Source: Ancylonema sp.
Lineage: Eukaryota
Assembly: GCA_050230475.1 (NCBI GenBank)
Contig: JBFLGF010000093.1
Span: 124,001-155,896, forward strand
DNA length: 31,896 nt
Reading direction: 5' to 3'
The translations under genes were made by a program, and so were the position numbers. The stretch's first letter is position 1. Each line of letters starts with the position of its first letter. The notes under the pieces were generated by a model. It worked only from the letters and a program-made list of their open reading frames with translations. It ran no database searches and was not told where the DNA came from. Positions 9,117 through 22,186 of this stretch are shown here, one piece after another.

Positions 9117-12100
9117 CCGTGCGGTCTAGTTCAGACGCCGTGTTGGTTAAAAACTACAGGCTCCACGCGATTTCGCTGCAATTATCTCTGAGAACGGTTA
9201 TATTCTGCCAGTGAGCGCAAATATATTCGTAGTTGTTAAGGGCTGCACGTATTTTCACATTGGCTGCAAGAATTCGAGCTGAGTGCTGCATTATTGCACG
9301 CTCGAGCTGAGTGAGAAATTTCGAGAAATACACAATTGCTTCCACACTGTCGGATAGGTCGCAAATCCCACAGTTCACTGGAGCGGATTACACAGGATGG
9401 GCCTTCAAGGTTAAATATGGGGAGGCGGACAAAAAGCTGCATCGTGTGGTGATTGATTGGGACAGCCTGCTGCGGAGGTGTCGTCCAGACGTTATACTTC
9501 CATTGACACCAGACAACGAGCTGCAATTTGCCGCCAGGGGGATCCGACGTGGACGTCGAGAGAAATGGTTAGGGAGCAGCACATTTCCCAGCAGCTGCTG
9601 CAGCTCGAAAAATGGGATGAGGACAATCTGGCTTCCATGTCCTACATAGTGAAACATTTGGGTCCTTCGGAGCTGACGCACGTCACGGACTGCACGACAG
9701 CTGCCCGAAATGTGGGACGCCGTGAGGACATTCTACCAAGTGCAGGGAGCGATTGAGATCGCGAACACCGAGGCGTTGCTGAGCGCGATCATACAGACTG
9801 AGGCAGAGGACCTCAACGTATATGTCAAACGGCTGCAGCAGCTACACCAGGATTTGAAGAATCTGGGTGCGCCTGTAACTCATATGAAGCAGGCGATCAA
9901 CCTGCTCAACTCCCTCAACACTCATTACAGCCCAATGGTCTCGACGCTGATGCCGTGGTCAAAATCGTCACCACATCTGTTTACGATTCCCCACATCGTC
10001 AGTGCGCTGCTGCGCGACGACGCCAGAAAGGAGCTGAATGAACGTAAGAGGGGGGCGCTGCCAGGAGGTCACCAAGCTCATTACGGTGGACCTGGAGGGG
10101 GTAGCGGAGCTGGAGGCAGCAGCAGACCTGGTGGTGGGGGTGGAGCTGGTCGCAGAGACGCTAGAGGCGTCGAGTGCTTCGGCTGCCACAAATTTGGCCA
10201 CATGAGGGCGAACTATCCTTCACCAGCTATTGGCGGAGGCCATGCCGGAGCCTGGAAATGTCACAGGTGCCACCAAGCAGGCCATAGAGCTGCTCAGTGC
10301 CCTGCGCCATCGCCAGCAGCTAGAAATGTTGCGCACGCGACTCAGGGAAGTACAGGGGGGAGACAGATGTGCAGATATTGCAACAATGTAGGGCATACAA
10401 TTGAACAATGTAGAAAACGCACATCTGACATGGCTTTAATGAACCCAGAAGCTACTCGAAGGGCTGACGCACAGGCAAGACTTGCTCGCTTTGCTGACAA
10501 ACCCTTTGACGTTAATGTGGATTATTTGGCTTTTGGTTCTCATTCGATGTTGCTATTGTCTGCTGGTTCTCACACAGACTCCCTCCTGATCCTGGACTCA
10601 GGTGCTACAGACCTTTTCACTGAACGTGAACACTTCGCGGAGTACACTGCAACCCTGAGCACGCAGAGGGCCTTGATTCACCACTACGGCTCGTCACACA
10701 AGGTAGCAGGCACGGGATTCGTGCACATCCGAGTGAGGAATGGCGACACATTCTTCGTGCAGCCACTCAACTCGATCCACGTCCCTGCCTTTGCCTGCAC
10801 CCTCGTGTCGACCTCGTGCCTCGTCAAAAGAGGTGGGCTGAGCTTCTTACAGCTGCCCACGGGTCCTGAATTGAAAAAGGGGAATGCGAAGTGGGCTGAT
10901 GTACTGCAAGCCTAGTGGTCTGACTTTGCTTGCTGCTACCATCGTCATGCCTGGATCTCATGATACGAAAGCATATCCACAGGCATGATCTGACATCACA
11001 AACTGGGTCACCCCGGTTCTGATGTGATGTCAGATTTTGTCAAACGTGGTGACATCCCACAGTTAAGTCCAGATGAATTAACTGAAGTCAGGGGATGTCA
11101 GGTTTGCTGTCAGGGGAAAATGAGTCAGTTGAGTCACGCTAAGGCCAGCGAGGATATGGGGACATGCCCCAAGATAGGTCGCATTCACTTGGATCTGATT
11201 GGACCTCTGTCAGTTAGGTCTGCTAATGGAGGTTTCACTTATGCACTGACAGGGATTGAGGTGTCCACACGGCTGTCATTTGTCAGTTTATTGAAAACTA
11301 AGGATGAAGCACTGAACCGAGCAAAAGTCACTATACAGTTGCTCGAAGTACAGTCAGGGTTGCCACTACAGTCTATAAGGACAGACAAGGGTGGGGAGTA
11401 TGTGTCTCAGGACTGGATGAACTACCTGTGGGGGGAAGGGTATTGACAAGCCAAACCACAGAAGCATATAGTCCTGAACAAAATGGAATCTGTGAAAGAT
11501 TGAACAGAACCTTGACAAAAAAAATGCGATGCATATTGATCTGGTCAGGTCTACCGAAGTCGTATTGGGATGTTGCATTGTTGCATGCAAACTGTGAACA
11601 GAACCCCAACTAAGTCGCTCGCTGGCAGAATCCCAATTGAAGTCTGGGAGGGAAAGAAAATGAAAATGAACAAAAGTCATAACTTTGGGTGTCTAGTGCA
11701 ATACTTAAAGGTTGGGGCAAAAAAGAACAGGCAAGGGGACAAGTTTGCCCCTCGCACTTGTTTTGGTGTATTTCTGGGGATGGCTGCGGGGAGTAGGCTA
11801 CAACGTATTCGACCCCCATAGGGTGGGGGGATATCACGCATTGGACGTGCGGTTCTTCGAGGAGGTGCCGGGGTACCCGAAACTCATGGGGGGGAGAGCT
11901 CCCCACAGGCTGGGCAGCAGAAAAGCACTTCTTCTATCTGTTCCCCGACACCGAAGATGATGAACCCCCAGCAGTTGTGCCAGCAGCAGCAATCCACCCC
12001 AACATGCCAGCAGTTTTGCAGCCGATGCCAACAGTTCTCCAGCCAATGCCAGCACCAGCAGAACCAGCAGTTCCAAAGCCACCAGCTGCCAACGACCATT

Positions 12101-13235
12101 CGCACGACAACTTCCAGCCACAAGCTGCTAAGGTCCCCAACATTACGATTGAGCTGTCCGACAGCCAGTCAAGGATCAACAACGCAGGAGGTGGAGATGC
12201 AGGGGAGGAGGAGGTGCAAGGAGGTGGTGCGAACCCAGGAGTGGGGGAGCCAGGCAGCATAGCTGATCGGGTGATGGCCAGACGACGAGCCAACTTTGCC
12301 GAATATGGGGATTGATGTGATGGGGAGGAGTTCGATGACGGCCCATGCCAACTACTCAGCGACTGAGTAGGAGCCCAGCTGCTTCTACACCGGCTTCAAC
12401 GGTCCTGTAGATCCTAGCTACGCCTGCGTCGCATCATCTAACAACTCCTCCGAGCCGCTCACCCTCAACCATGCCATGAGGAGGCCAGACTGGGACCAAT
12501 GGGACAGAGGGTCAAAACAACACCTAAGGGGGATATTGAAAGATATAAAGTCAGACTGGTCGCACAGGGATTCTTACAACAAGAATGGGTTGATTATAAT
12601 GAAGTATTTGCACCACTTATTAACAGTACATCTATAACCTTACTCCTCGCTATATCAAACCACTTTGACTGGGACCTGGAACAAATGGACGTAATAACAA
12701 CGTTCCTACATGGACGTCTGGAAGAAGAAATATATATGAAAATACCACCACGTATGTATATTAAAGGGGGTGCTGAGGGAAAGGTCTTACGACTGAAGGG
12801 TGCTTTGTACGGAGTGAAACAGAGTAGCCACGTCTGGCTGGAAATGTTCAAAAAATTCATGATATCTGAAGGGTTTAAACAATGTGTCATGGATACTTGT
12901 ATATACATGAGGGGAGAGAGGGACAGCAGGATCATACTGGGCATTCATGTAGATGATCAGGTGATCACAGGTCCTAACGCAATGGTGGTCAAAACATTTA
13001 AAGGGGACATGGGTAAAAGAAAACTGCTCACACTGGGACAGTCAAGATTCTTGAGGGGCGTTCTAAAACGGTACGGAATGCACGAGTGTAATCCAACAAA
13101 ACTCCCTCTCGCTCCTGAAACACAGTTTACGCAAGATGATGAACCAAACCTTCCCCCTACCCCTAAAGAAATAACAGACTTTCGAGGAAAAGCGGGATCT
13201 CTCATTTACGCCATGAAACAAACCAGACTGGACAT

Positions 13236-13304
13236 TGTAGGAATTATATCGGATAGCCATGTTTGCTAGCGTGCTAGTCCGGACTGCCGGTTAGTGTAAC
13301 CGGT
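13236..13304 (+). repeat. 69-bp 5' fragment of an A/B-family LTR inserted in the RT of C
   Basis: tgtaggaattatatcggatagccatgtttgctagcgtgctagtccggactgccggttagtgtaaccggt interrupts the C coding sequence TRLDI/AYALG. Confidence 0.92.
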
Positions 13305-13598
13305 CGTATATGCACTAGGGGTATTGGCTAAACACATGAGTAATCCTGGGGTCGCACACATAAGGGCTTTGCATCAGTTATTCAGATACCTAAAAGGGAC
13401 TGTCAACCACGGACTGACGTTTGTGGGAAAAGACAGCTTTGAAAGGGTTACTGCGATGCATCATGGAACAGCTGCAGTATGACAGAAAAGTCAGTCACAG
13501 GATGGGTAACCACGGTTGGGGGAACAACACTGAGTTGGAAGTCACAGAAACAGGTCCAGTCCACTGTTGCACAGAGCACTGCTGATCAGCTGAATATA

Positions 13599-13895
13599 TC
13601 ACTAGGGCTCCTTGTCCCCATACTTGCTAGAGTGTATCTCAAAGCGAGTCCTGCTGTATCCCTATCTAAGTATTCTGGTGTGTCTCTCTTGTTAGCCAGA
13701 CTTGAACTCAAGTTTCCAGAAAGTTCCTATATCTATCGATAGGAACAATCCACACTGATTTGCCCCTTCCGATTATTACCACCACCATTTTCCCATCGGC
13801 TCATACCATCTCACTCATTCGGCATTTCGCCATCTTTCCGCTTGGTGCATATCGCAACTTGCTTGCTAGGGCGTCTTTTGCATCCGTCCCTAACA
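13599..13895 (+). repeat. Probable 5'-truncated solo LTR of a gypsy family related to E, replacing the middle of C RNase H
   Basis: Shares ctagggctcctt near its start with the E LTR read in the element sense, and ends catccgtccctaaca against E catccggatctaaca. C coding sequence stops at AEYI and resumes at VQRHKAKHF. Confidence 0.6.
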
Positions 13896-14789
13896 CTGTG
13901 CAACGACATAAAGCAAAACATTTTAATGTTGTGTATCACTGGGTACGGGAATGCCACAGCACTGGGAGACTAAAGTATGTGTACCTTGCAGGGGCAAATC
14001 AACCAGCAGATATGCTAACCAAAGCTCTCCCACAGGTTTTACTGGACAGACACAGCAAAAGTCTAGGTTTTGGATAGGTTTTGGACGGTTATACTGAACT
14101 GGGGGTTTTTATTTTTATTATTATGGAGGGTTCGTGCCATGCATATGTTGGCAGAGGGGGTGTGTTTTGGGTTTCTTTCATGCAGAAGTACATATGGGGA
14201 GGGTACAACAACTTCAGCCCATCCAGCTAAGTCACACTCTTACCTTAATACCTCGTAAAGAACACTAAAGGACACTTAAGGACAGATCAGAAAGTGCAGA
14301 TCTGCTCAAGTTTAAAAGTGTCAGTTTGCACTGAATTTTAGAATGTATATTTTCATGCATGTTGCAAAACTTGTGTCAAAATTTGCTGCTAATAGGTTTG
14401 GTAGTTTTGAAGTTATGTTGTTTTGAAATTTCCAGACTCGAAAGTATAAAAGTTGTGAATTATAAAGTTGAAAAAGTCAAAAATATTTTTCTTAATTTTT
14501 TTTGTTTTTCGCCTAACTTGTGGTATTTGTTTGTATGTTCAGGGCTTCGGCCTGAAAAACGACTAAGGATCTGGAGCGATCGACTTCTGAAGTTCCGATC
14601 GGCTTCCGATCGGCTGCATTTGTAGATAGGGCCCCTTTGTAGATAGGGCCCCCTAGCACGCTTGTATGCTAGGGAAGACCAAACTGCTTTATATGCTATG
14701 CAATGGTTCTGCCATGATTTAGCCATAACTAGGGTAGTCATTTGGATGTCTACATCTATGCCAACTTTAGCATGGCATCCGAGGGGGTG

Positions 14790-15233
14790 TGTTGGAATAT
14801 TTTGGATAGCCATATATTATGCTTGCTACCGGTTACTCTAACCGGGAGCAATATTCCTAGATGTGCTTAATGCGGGGCCGGGCACGTTTGTGTCCGGGCA
14901 CCTGACATGTTGTCGACACTTAGAGACGTTATTGCTTGACGTGTCCGTGTTGTGATTGGCTTGTTTAGTCGTGTCAGAAGTGTCCGGCATGTGCCGTTGA
15001 CACGTAGATGAGTTGTCACACAACGATAGGCCGACGGTCAATTGTGACGACCGTCGGCACACAACGATCTGTAAAGCGCATCGGGTATTACCATCCCCGA
15101 TGCGATCACAATAATTAGTTCCACACACGCAACTCCCTGTCTCGTTGATCATCAGTGATAGAGATCTTGCGTACGGTTCGTTTTTGTCGCCCACCAAATC
15201 ATCCTGCACGTCTAATCACTCAAAAGCTTATAA
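14790..15233 (+). repeat. 3' LTR of element C
   Basis: Follows PPT gagggggtg; runs from tgttggaatatt to ctcaaaagcttataa. Confidence 0.9.
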
Positions 15234-15940
15234 GTGCAGTGGGATTCAATCAAGAGAGTGCCTCGATATCTGTAAGGCACAATGGACCAGTGCATCCTCT
15301 ACCAAAGAGGAGCATCAATAGACTTTGTGGGGTTCTCGGATGCGAGCCACTTGAACTGCCCCGACACGTTGCGAGGACGAGCGGGTTATATGTTCATGTG
15401 TGCAGGGGGTGCTATCAGCTGTAAGTCAAAGAATGTGGGGAAAAATACCTTGTCATCATGCGAGACTCAGTATCTGGCACTATCAATGGCAGCACAAGAG
15501 GCAGCCAATGTAGAGGTAGAACTCCGAGGAAGGAAGATCCCGGAGAACAGAGAGTACACGGAGACTATAACCATCATGACATATAGTCAACCATGTGTTT
15601 CATTCAAAGAGCAAGCATATTCTCAACAAGTATCGTCTCATCAAAAACAAGGTGGAATTCGGACATATTCACTTGGAATTCGTCTACAGCGAAGACAATG
15701 GAGCAGACATGCTGACAAAACATGCAAGTTTTGGGGTGATGGAAAAGAACAAACAGGAAATTGGAATGATGTAGTAACATGAATTGAGAAGAGTCTACGA
15801 TTGTACAATGAGGGGGTGTGTTGGAGTTAATTGTAAAATCGATAAATCAATAATTGTCGGTATAAACAAATAGTCGGAATAGTCGGAATAATTAGTCAAG
15901 TCATCATTTTGATAATGACCGGGACATCGATGACTAGACA
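15234..15940 (+). mobile_element. 3' end of a third copia family (D): RT end and RNase H, PPT, short LTR or LTR remnant at 15819-15940
   Basis: QWDSIKRVPRYL*GT, FVGFSDASH, GAISCKSK, LSSCETQYLAL and GADMLTK peptides, then gagggggtg followed by tgttgg. The right boundary is inferred from where homology to the helicase-like paralogs begins. Confidence 0.8.
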
Positions 15941-16358
15941 TTGTTGATATGTGATTGCGGGCTAAGGCGCCGCACTATTGAGGATAAGATTGTCGACATT
16001 TTGGAAATGATCGTGGGTGTGATGGATTTTTTTGGTGACTCCTCATAGGGGTAGTATTCTACTCAACTTTAGACACGGTTAATATATGTGTGATTTAGCA
16101 ATTTTTTTTATTTTTTTATTTGTTATCATTTTACTTGCATTCATAAGCATCTTTGCGAAAGGGAAGATGAGGCACTTATTGTGAGAATGCAAGTTGCTAT
16201 GTATTTTTGTAATGTCGGGTTGCTATGTTGATACCTTATGTAGTTATTTTTTGAAGGTAAGAAGTTGTCTTGATTACCACCGTAATCGTGGTAAATCATT
16301 TTAGACAAAATAATAGGAAAAACCGTGTTTTGAGCGTACGTCCCGAGTTTGATAATTA
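15941..16358 (+). pseudogene. Paralog copy 1, middle part: decayed putative UvrD/SF1A helicase-like gene
   Basis: Homologous to about 29490-29956 and 31083-31560 through tgactcctc(a/g)ta and ttattgtga...caagtt anchors. FFGDSS* resembles motif III. Homology is clear; the function is inferred. Confidence 0.55.
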
Positions 16359-16960
16359 CCGTATTGGCCATGTATAATGACCCGCAAATTATCATGAGAA
16401 GGGCGGGTCGGATCGTTTTTTTTGTTTTTTTTTTTGGGCGTGGGTCACGCTATATATTCCGAATTCCGGCATATTGGGTCAACATCATACAGGTGAATTT
16501 ATTCGATACATTTTTATCAAAATACACATCTGGTTGTACCTTGGTCGCCCAAGATTCAATCGTGGTCCAGTAGTAGTTAAATCAAATTTTATTGGTTTGC
16601 TTTTCGCAAGTTTTCGTATCAATTTTGAACAATTTGGGATTGTAATGTAGAGTACGGGGCGAAAACCGTGTAGAAAATATGTCAGATAGCTTTATATATT
16701 TTATTGCATTACACATAACCATCCAAACAATGTTTGTTACGTACAAGTCCTAAATATATTTAATATTGGAGAGTAAACGCATTTTATGGTTGTTTTGTTT
16801 TGAACATACTACTTACTAATGTAACTTTCCCAATTGCATGGGATTAAAATACATCCCATGTCATAAAAGCTTACCATACAATATTTTTCAACCACCAATT
16901 GGAATGCTATCTCATCGTGATTTGAATCGGTATTCATGTTTCGAATATCTCCACACATTC

Positions 16961-17353
16961 TGTTAGATCCGGATGGGAATTAGATATAGTTTGGTAAAAC
17001 ACTCACAAGAAATAGACACGACGGGAAATGCGTCAATAATGGAGGTGAGTACGTGAGATGTTAGGAGTGAGAAATCGTCACTCCTAACTCGAACTATATA
17101 GTGAAATCTCGGCTAGGGCGACTTCACTACAAATGTGGGACAATGAGTATCGCTCCAAACGAACAACTGAAGTCGCATACAAGAACTAGTCGCTATAAGC
17201 GATCAACACTCGATATAACAATAGCGAAACTATACAAGGGCTCTAGCTCTCCCTAGAGCGACCCAAGTAGTCGCGGTACAAGAAAACACACTCGCTACAC
17301 TAGGTTAGGGAACTCGCTAAGGAGCCCTAGGGACTATAGCGAGGGTCCTAACA
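16961..17353 (-). repeat. 3' LTR of E
   Basis: Runs from tgttagatcc to ggtcctaaca, with TG...CA ends and tgttag/ctaaca inverted termini. Confidence 0.93.
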
Positions 17354-17367
17354 GTACCCCCCCCTCT
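17354..17367 (-). promoter_or_regulatory. Polypurine tract of E
   Basis: On the minus strand, aga plus eight G plus tac lies immediately before the 3' LTR. Confidence 0.88.
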
Positions 17368-20300
17368 AGGCGCGGAACGCGGGGCGCGGGTGGAGCAAGA
17401 CGGGCGGGGAAATGGCGATGGAAATCCGCGATGACCGCGTTGGCATGTCAGAGATTCTGTGCAGGCTCCCACGAGCGCTCTGATTCATCGAAGCCCTCCT
17501 AGTCTACGAGGTAGTACAGCTTGCCACGCAAGAATTTGGAATCCAGCACCGAGCGACTTCCCACTCAGGCTCGCCGTCCACGATGACCGGCGGAGGCTGC
17601 GGCACGTCACGGCTAGGAAAAGGATTTTCCACATATGGATCCAGAAGCGCCACGTGGAAAACGGGATGAATGCGGATGGACGGCGGGAGCTCCAAGCGGA
17701 AAGCAGAGGAGCCAACTGGACCAATCACAGGAAAAAAGTCCGAGGCGACGGACGTCCAATTTCGCAGAGGGTCTTGTTGAGGCGACGTGGCGCCGGAGTA
17801 GCCACACTTTATCGCCACGCTGGAGGGATGGGGTAGCCCGACGCTTCCGATTGGCCGATCGCTCCATAGCAATTTGGGATTTTTCCAGCGACGTCTCGAG
17901 GAGATCTGTGCGTCGTGAATCACCTTCACGTACGCATCTGCCGACGGGGTTGGGGAGTCCGGGGAGGGAGGGAGGAGGGAGAATTGGGGATAGAAACCGT
18001 GGTTGGCGAAGAGCGGGGTCAGGGATGTGGCATAATGCAGGGAATTGTTGTATGAAAATTCTGCCATGGGCAGCAGACTCGACCAATCCGACTGCTTGTA
18101 ATCGGTGTAGATGCGTAAATACTGCTCGAGGACCGAATTGAGGCGCTCCGTCTGGCCATCCGTCTGAGGGTGAAAAGCACTCGAGCGGTTGGCGTGGAAA
18201 CCGCACAGCTGCAGCAGCCGTCTCCAAAAATGGCTGGTAAAGACGGGATCGCGGTCGGAAATGATGGTGGAGGGCATGCCATGGAGCCGCACCACTTCCC
18301 GCAAGAAAATGGCGGCGACGTCAGGAGCTGGTATTGCTTTCTTCGTAGGGATGAAGTGAGCAGCCTTAGTCAGACGGTCGACCACTACTAGAATTGCATC
18401 GTGGTAGTCAGATGGCGGGAGGTCTGTGATCCAATCCATGGAGATACAGCTCCACGGCCTGTCAGGGATAGGGTTCGGGGATAGCAGGCCGTAGGGTGCA
18501 TGGCGGACGGGCTTATTCCGCGCACATGTGTCACAACTGCGGACGTAGGCCTCCACCGCATTAGAAATTCCCGGCCAGTAAGTACTGCGCCACGAGCGCA
18601 TGGGTGCGAGCAACACCGTAATGGCCTGCCAAGGGCGCGTCGTGGAATTGCTTCAGGATTTGGAGTATCAGGGACGTAGCAGCAGGCGGGATGACCAAGC
18701 GATTATGGCGATATAGCAAATCATCGCGTAGACAATAGGGAGATGACGCTTGAGGGTTCGAGGGGGTTTGATTCCTCCTCAGGTCTTATAGCCAATTTTT
18801 CGCGGATGGCGAGAGTGTCGGGGTTGAGGAGCTGCGCCTCACGGATAACAGGTAAGATGGAGTCCGTGGGGGAGATGAAAAGCGCAGCAGCTCGGAGGGG
18901 GGGAGGAAACAAGAGAGGAAAAGCGTCCTAGGGGGAAATAGGGGAAGGGGAATCGGGGAGGATAGGGAGCTCGGGGATCGGGTCTAGCTGGTAGTCGGGA
19001 CGGCGGGAGAGAGCATCAGGCTTCCCGTTAGTTTCCCTTTTCCTGTAGACGATAATGAAATCGTAGGCAGCCAGGGTCTCTGCCCAGCGAGCGTGGCGGC
19101 GGGAGGTCGTGCGGGCGCCATGGAAGTATTCCAGGTTTTTATAATCTGTGTATACCACAATAGGATGAGCCGCGCCCTCCAAGTAGACGCGCCACTGGCG
19201 GAACCTGCTGACGATAGCCAGTAGCTCTTTGTCATAGATGGGGTAGTTGAGCTCGGCCTCCGAGAACTTTCGGGAGTAGAAAGCGATGGGGTGTAGCTCG
19301 CCGGCAGCCGACATCTGGCTGAGGACGCAGCCAAGGCCGAAGTCGGAGGCGTCGGCTTCTAGGGTTATGGAGAGGGTGGGTTGAAAATGTTTGAGGATGG
19401 GTGCAAAAGTGAAGGCCTGCTTGAGGGAGTCGAAAGCGACGTAGGCCTGTGGTGTCCAGCAGAACTTCACGCCTTTCCGGGTGAGCGTAGTCAGGGGGCA
19501 AGCCACGGTAGAGTAGTGGTTTATGAACTTCCGGTAGAAGTTTGCGAACCCCAAGAAAGACTGCACCTTCTTGACAGACGTAGGGGTAGGCCATCTAGCA
19601 CAGACGCCACCTTGGCCGGGTCCATCTCCACCCTTGGTGGGGAGACCTAGTAGCCGAGAAAGGTAATGGTATCCTGATGGAACGAGCACTTTTCGATTTT
19701 AGCGTAGAGCTTGTTCTTTCTCAGGATATCCAGGACCTGGCGGACTTGAGGGACGTGCTCGTCCAGGTCTTCCGAGTAGATCACCATGTCGTCGAGCATG
19801 CCCGCCACAAAGACGTGTAGGTGTTCTCGAAAGATGTCATCGATGAAGTCAATGATGAAGTGTAGGAAGCAGCCGGGGGCGTTGCAGGGCCCGAACGGGC
19901 AGACACGGAACTCAAAGTGGCCGTAGCGGGTCCTGAACGCAGTCTTCCATCCACTCGTCCCCCTTCTTCACCCGCACCTGGTGGTAAGCGTTGCGCAGGT
20001 CGATTTTTGTGAATACTTTCGCCCGGTGCAAGCGATCCAGCATCTCAGGTATGAGGGATAGGGGATAGCGGTTCTTCACCGTAGCCGCATTCAGACCTCT
20101 GTAGTCCATGCAGAGTCTAAGCTTGCCATCCGGTTTCTTTATGAACATGAAAGGGCCCCCCGCCGGGCTGGTAGAGGGTCTGATGAATCCGTTATGTATT
20201 GCTTTAGAGTAGCCAGCTCCGGTTCTGACATGGGGTAGATGGGTCCCCAAGGTGGTTCTTTCCCTGGCAGGAGGGGTATTTCCAGATCATAGGTGCGGTG

Positions 20301-20959
20301 AGGGGGAAGGGTATTGGCCGTTGATTCCGAAAACACGTCTGCGTAGTCGTGGTACTCGGGGGGGAGTTTGGACAGCAGCTCCGGGTAGGGAAGTGGCTGC
20401 GAGGAGCGCAAGGGGGGGAACGGTTAGGGTGGCAGGGGTGGGGGGGAGGGATTTTAGAAGTGGGCTGGGGAAACTTAGCGCGGCTGGCTGGCATTCACTC
20501 TTGCAGTGGGGGAACGTGAACCGCAGAGTGCCGGCCTGCTAGTCGATGGACGGGTTGTGGCGCTAGAGCCAGGGGTAGCCTAGCACCATGGGCGAGGCGG
20601 GTGACGTCAAACTAGAGGGTTTCGGTATGGGAGTCAGGACATTGCAACAAGCCCTTGTAGAAGTGCGTGATAGGGCCTGCGAACGGGGCGCTGCCGTCAA
20701 TCAGCTCCACCTGGATGGGTGTGAGGTGGGGAATGGTGGCGAGGTGGTGCTAAGCGATAAGCGTGAGGTCTACGAAGTTTTCGGACGCGCCGCAATCGAT
20801 GAGGGCGTTGACCGAAATGGGGGGAAGAGGGTACTGGAGCAGCTGGACCGAGAGGTACAGGTGGCGGGGTGGGGGGGTTGGGTTGGGGATGGGGTGGGGA
20901 GGGGGATGGACCACGTCTAGACAGACCCCTCCTACGACTGTCCGGGGGCATCGTTTTTT
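17366..20959 (-). pseudogene. E pol: protease, RT, RNase H, integrase, chromodomain (frameshifted)
   Basis: [76 protein letters not shown]; chromodomain EWEVAR...KLYYLVD*EGFDESERSWEP at about 17460-17570. Confidence 0.93.
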
Positions 20960-21930
20960 GGCTGGTCTCGGGAAGTGTCCAGGAAGCGAACCTGGCGGGC
21001 GTGGTTGGCCGGCTTCTCCGGGCAAGTGTCGCGGGTATGGCCGGCGCCTCCATAGTACATGCACAGGTTGCCCTTCTTGCGCCTAGCATATTCTGTGGAT
21101 TCCAGCTGCAGTCGTTTGCGCCGGGTGCCATCGAGCTCCATGGGGGTGACGTCTTGGGGGTAGGAGGGGATGGGGGCAGAGGCGTGGTAGGGTGGGGTGT
21201 AGGGCGGTTTGTGGGTGGTGGCGTCGATGCGACGGCTGTTGGCCAGGTTGGTTTCGACCTGGCCAGCAACCTTCACAAAGGCGGAGAAGGTGGGGGGTTG
21301 GGTAGAACGCGCCAGCTTGCTCTGAATCGGAGGTTTCAGTTTGGCCTTGAAATTGAAAATGAGGGAGTGGTCCGTCCAGCGTGGCTGGAAGGTGTTGGTG
21401 ATGTCCCTGAACCGAACAGACAGCTCAGCCACTTATCCCGTGTGTTGCAACTCGTGCAGGCGTCGTTCGTGGGCTGCCTGGTCCTCTCCCCCCCCGAATG
21501 TGTTGTCCAGTTCCTGGAAGAAGTCTGCAAGGGTCCAGTTCGTGGGGGCCTCTGCGGTGACCGGATCGCAGACGGAGCGGAACCAGTTCTTGGCCATGCC
21601 GTCCAGCAGATTGCCCGCCAGAATCTGTTTAGATCTGGTAGTGTGATAGCGTAGGGGGCTGCCCAGAATGTGTTGGGTAACCCCAAAACGGAAGTTTTGC
21701 AGTCTGCTGACTTGCCCGAGAACATAGGAGGCAGGGGTAGGTTCAGGTAGGGGCTGGGGTAGGGGCTGGTGGAGGCGAATATTAGACAACCTGGGGAGGA
21801 GGAGGGGCGGGCTGGGTATAGGACTGCTGGTTAGGGGGAGGCTGAGTGTAGGGAGGCTCATCAGCCAAAGGGATTTCTTGAAACTCAGAAAATGTGGGCC
21901 TAGTAGATCTGGCCTACTCATAGGCGCCAT
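20932..21930 (-). pseudogene. E gag (retrotransposon gag domain and degenerate CCHC knuckle)
   Basis: ILAGNLLDGMAKNWFRS, LHELQHTG, TPMELD and CMYYGGAGHTRDTC. The start codon is uncertain. Confidence 0.85.
20953..20959 (-). promoter_or_regulatory. Putative -1 ribosomal frameshift heptamer A AAA AAC between gag and pol
   Basis: The gag frame reads cca aaa aac gat; the -1 frame (gcc aaa aaa cga) runs into the protease DCGA motif. Confidence 0.7.
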
Positions 21931-22173
21931 TTTTGTGACGGAGTTCCTCATTTTCACGTGTAAGACGATCATATTGGAAATCAAAACTTGCTTTCATTTC
22001 TTGCATTTGACGAATTAAATCGTCATAACGCGAATCTGAATCCATGAGAGATGGGAATGAGGATGAAAGTAGTGAAGAAGGAATGAAAAATAATGAGAAA
22101 GATGAGAGGGTGGGAAACCCTAAAGAATGAGGCGCACTAGGTGGAAAGCCTAAAGAAACCTCACAAATTTTGT

Positions 22174-22184
22174 ACTCCTAACAT
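22174..22184 (-). promoter_or_regulatory. Self-priming PBS of E (atgttaggagt on the minus strand)
   Basis: Lies 2 nt after the 5' LTR end and is an exact 11-nt complement of LTR 22284-22294, about 30 nt downstream of a TATA-like box. No TGG tRNA-type PBS is present. Confidence 0.8.
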
Positions 22185-22186
22185 AG

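Larger units (their letters stand above)
9347..14077 (+). pseudogene. Element C gag-pol polyprotein (disrupted)
   Basis: SDRSQIPQFTGADYTGWAFK, knuckles CFGCHKFGH, CHRCHQAGHRAAQC and CRYCNNVGHTIEQC, protease LDSGAT, integrase IRTDKGGEY, RT QMDVITTFLHG and IHVDDQ, RNase H GYCDASW to QPADMLTKAL. Confidence 0.93.
8649..15233 (+). mobile_element. Ty1/copia LTR retrotransposon C (family related to A/B), full length, decayed
   Basis: LTRs at 8649-9104 and 14790-15233, PBS, PPT at 14781-14789 and copia domain order. No clean TSD was found. Confidence 0.93.

Noticed and set aside
14460..14813. 117-aa antisense ORF starting in the 3' LTR of C
   Set aside because: The frame is not preserved in B (frameshifts and stops), and conservation is better explained by the plus-strand acceptor and exon.
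8644..15238. TSD for element C
   Set aside because: The left flank agctg does not match the right flank gtgca; the near match agctt lies in sequence shared by both LTRs.
20869..21654. 261-aa plus-strand ORF and other GC-rich ORFs overlapping E, A, B and C
   Set aside because: Antisense or off-frame shadows of gag-pol with no independent motifs.
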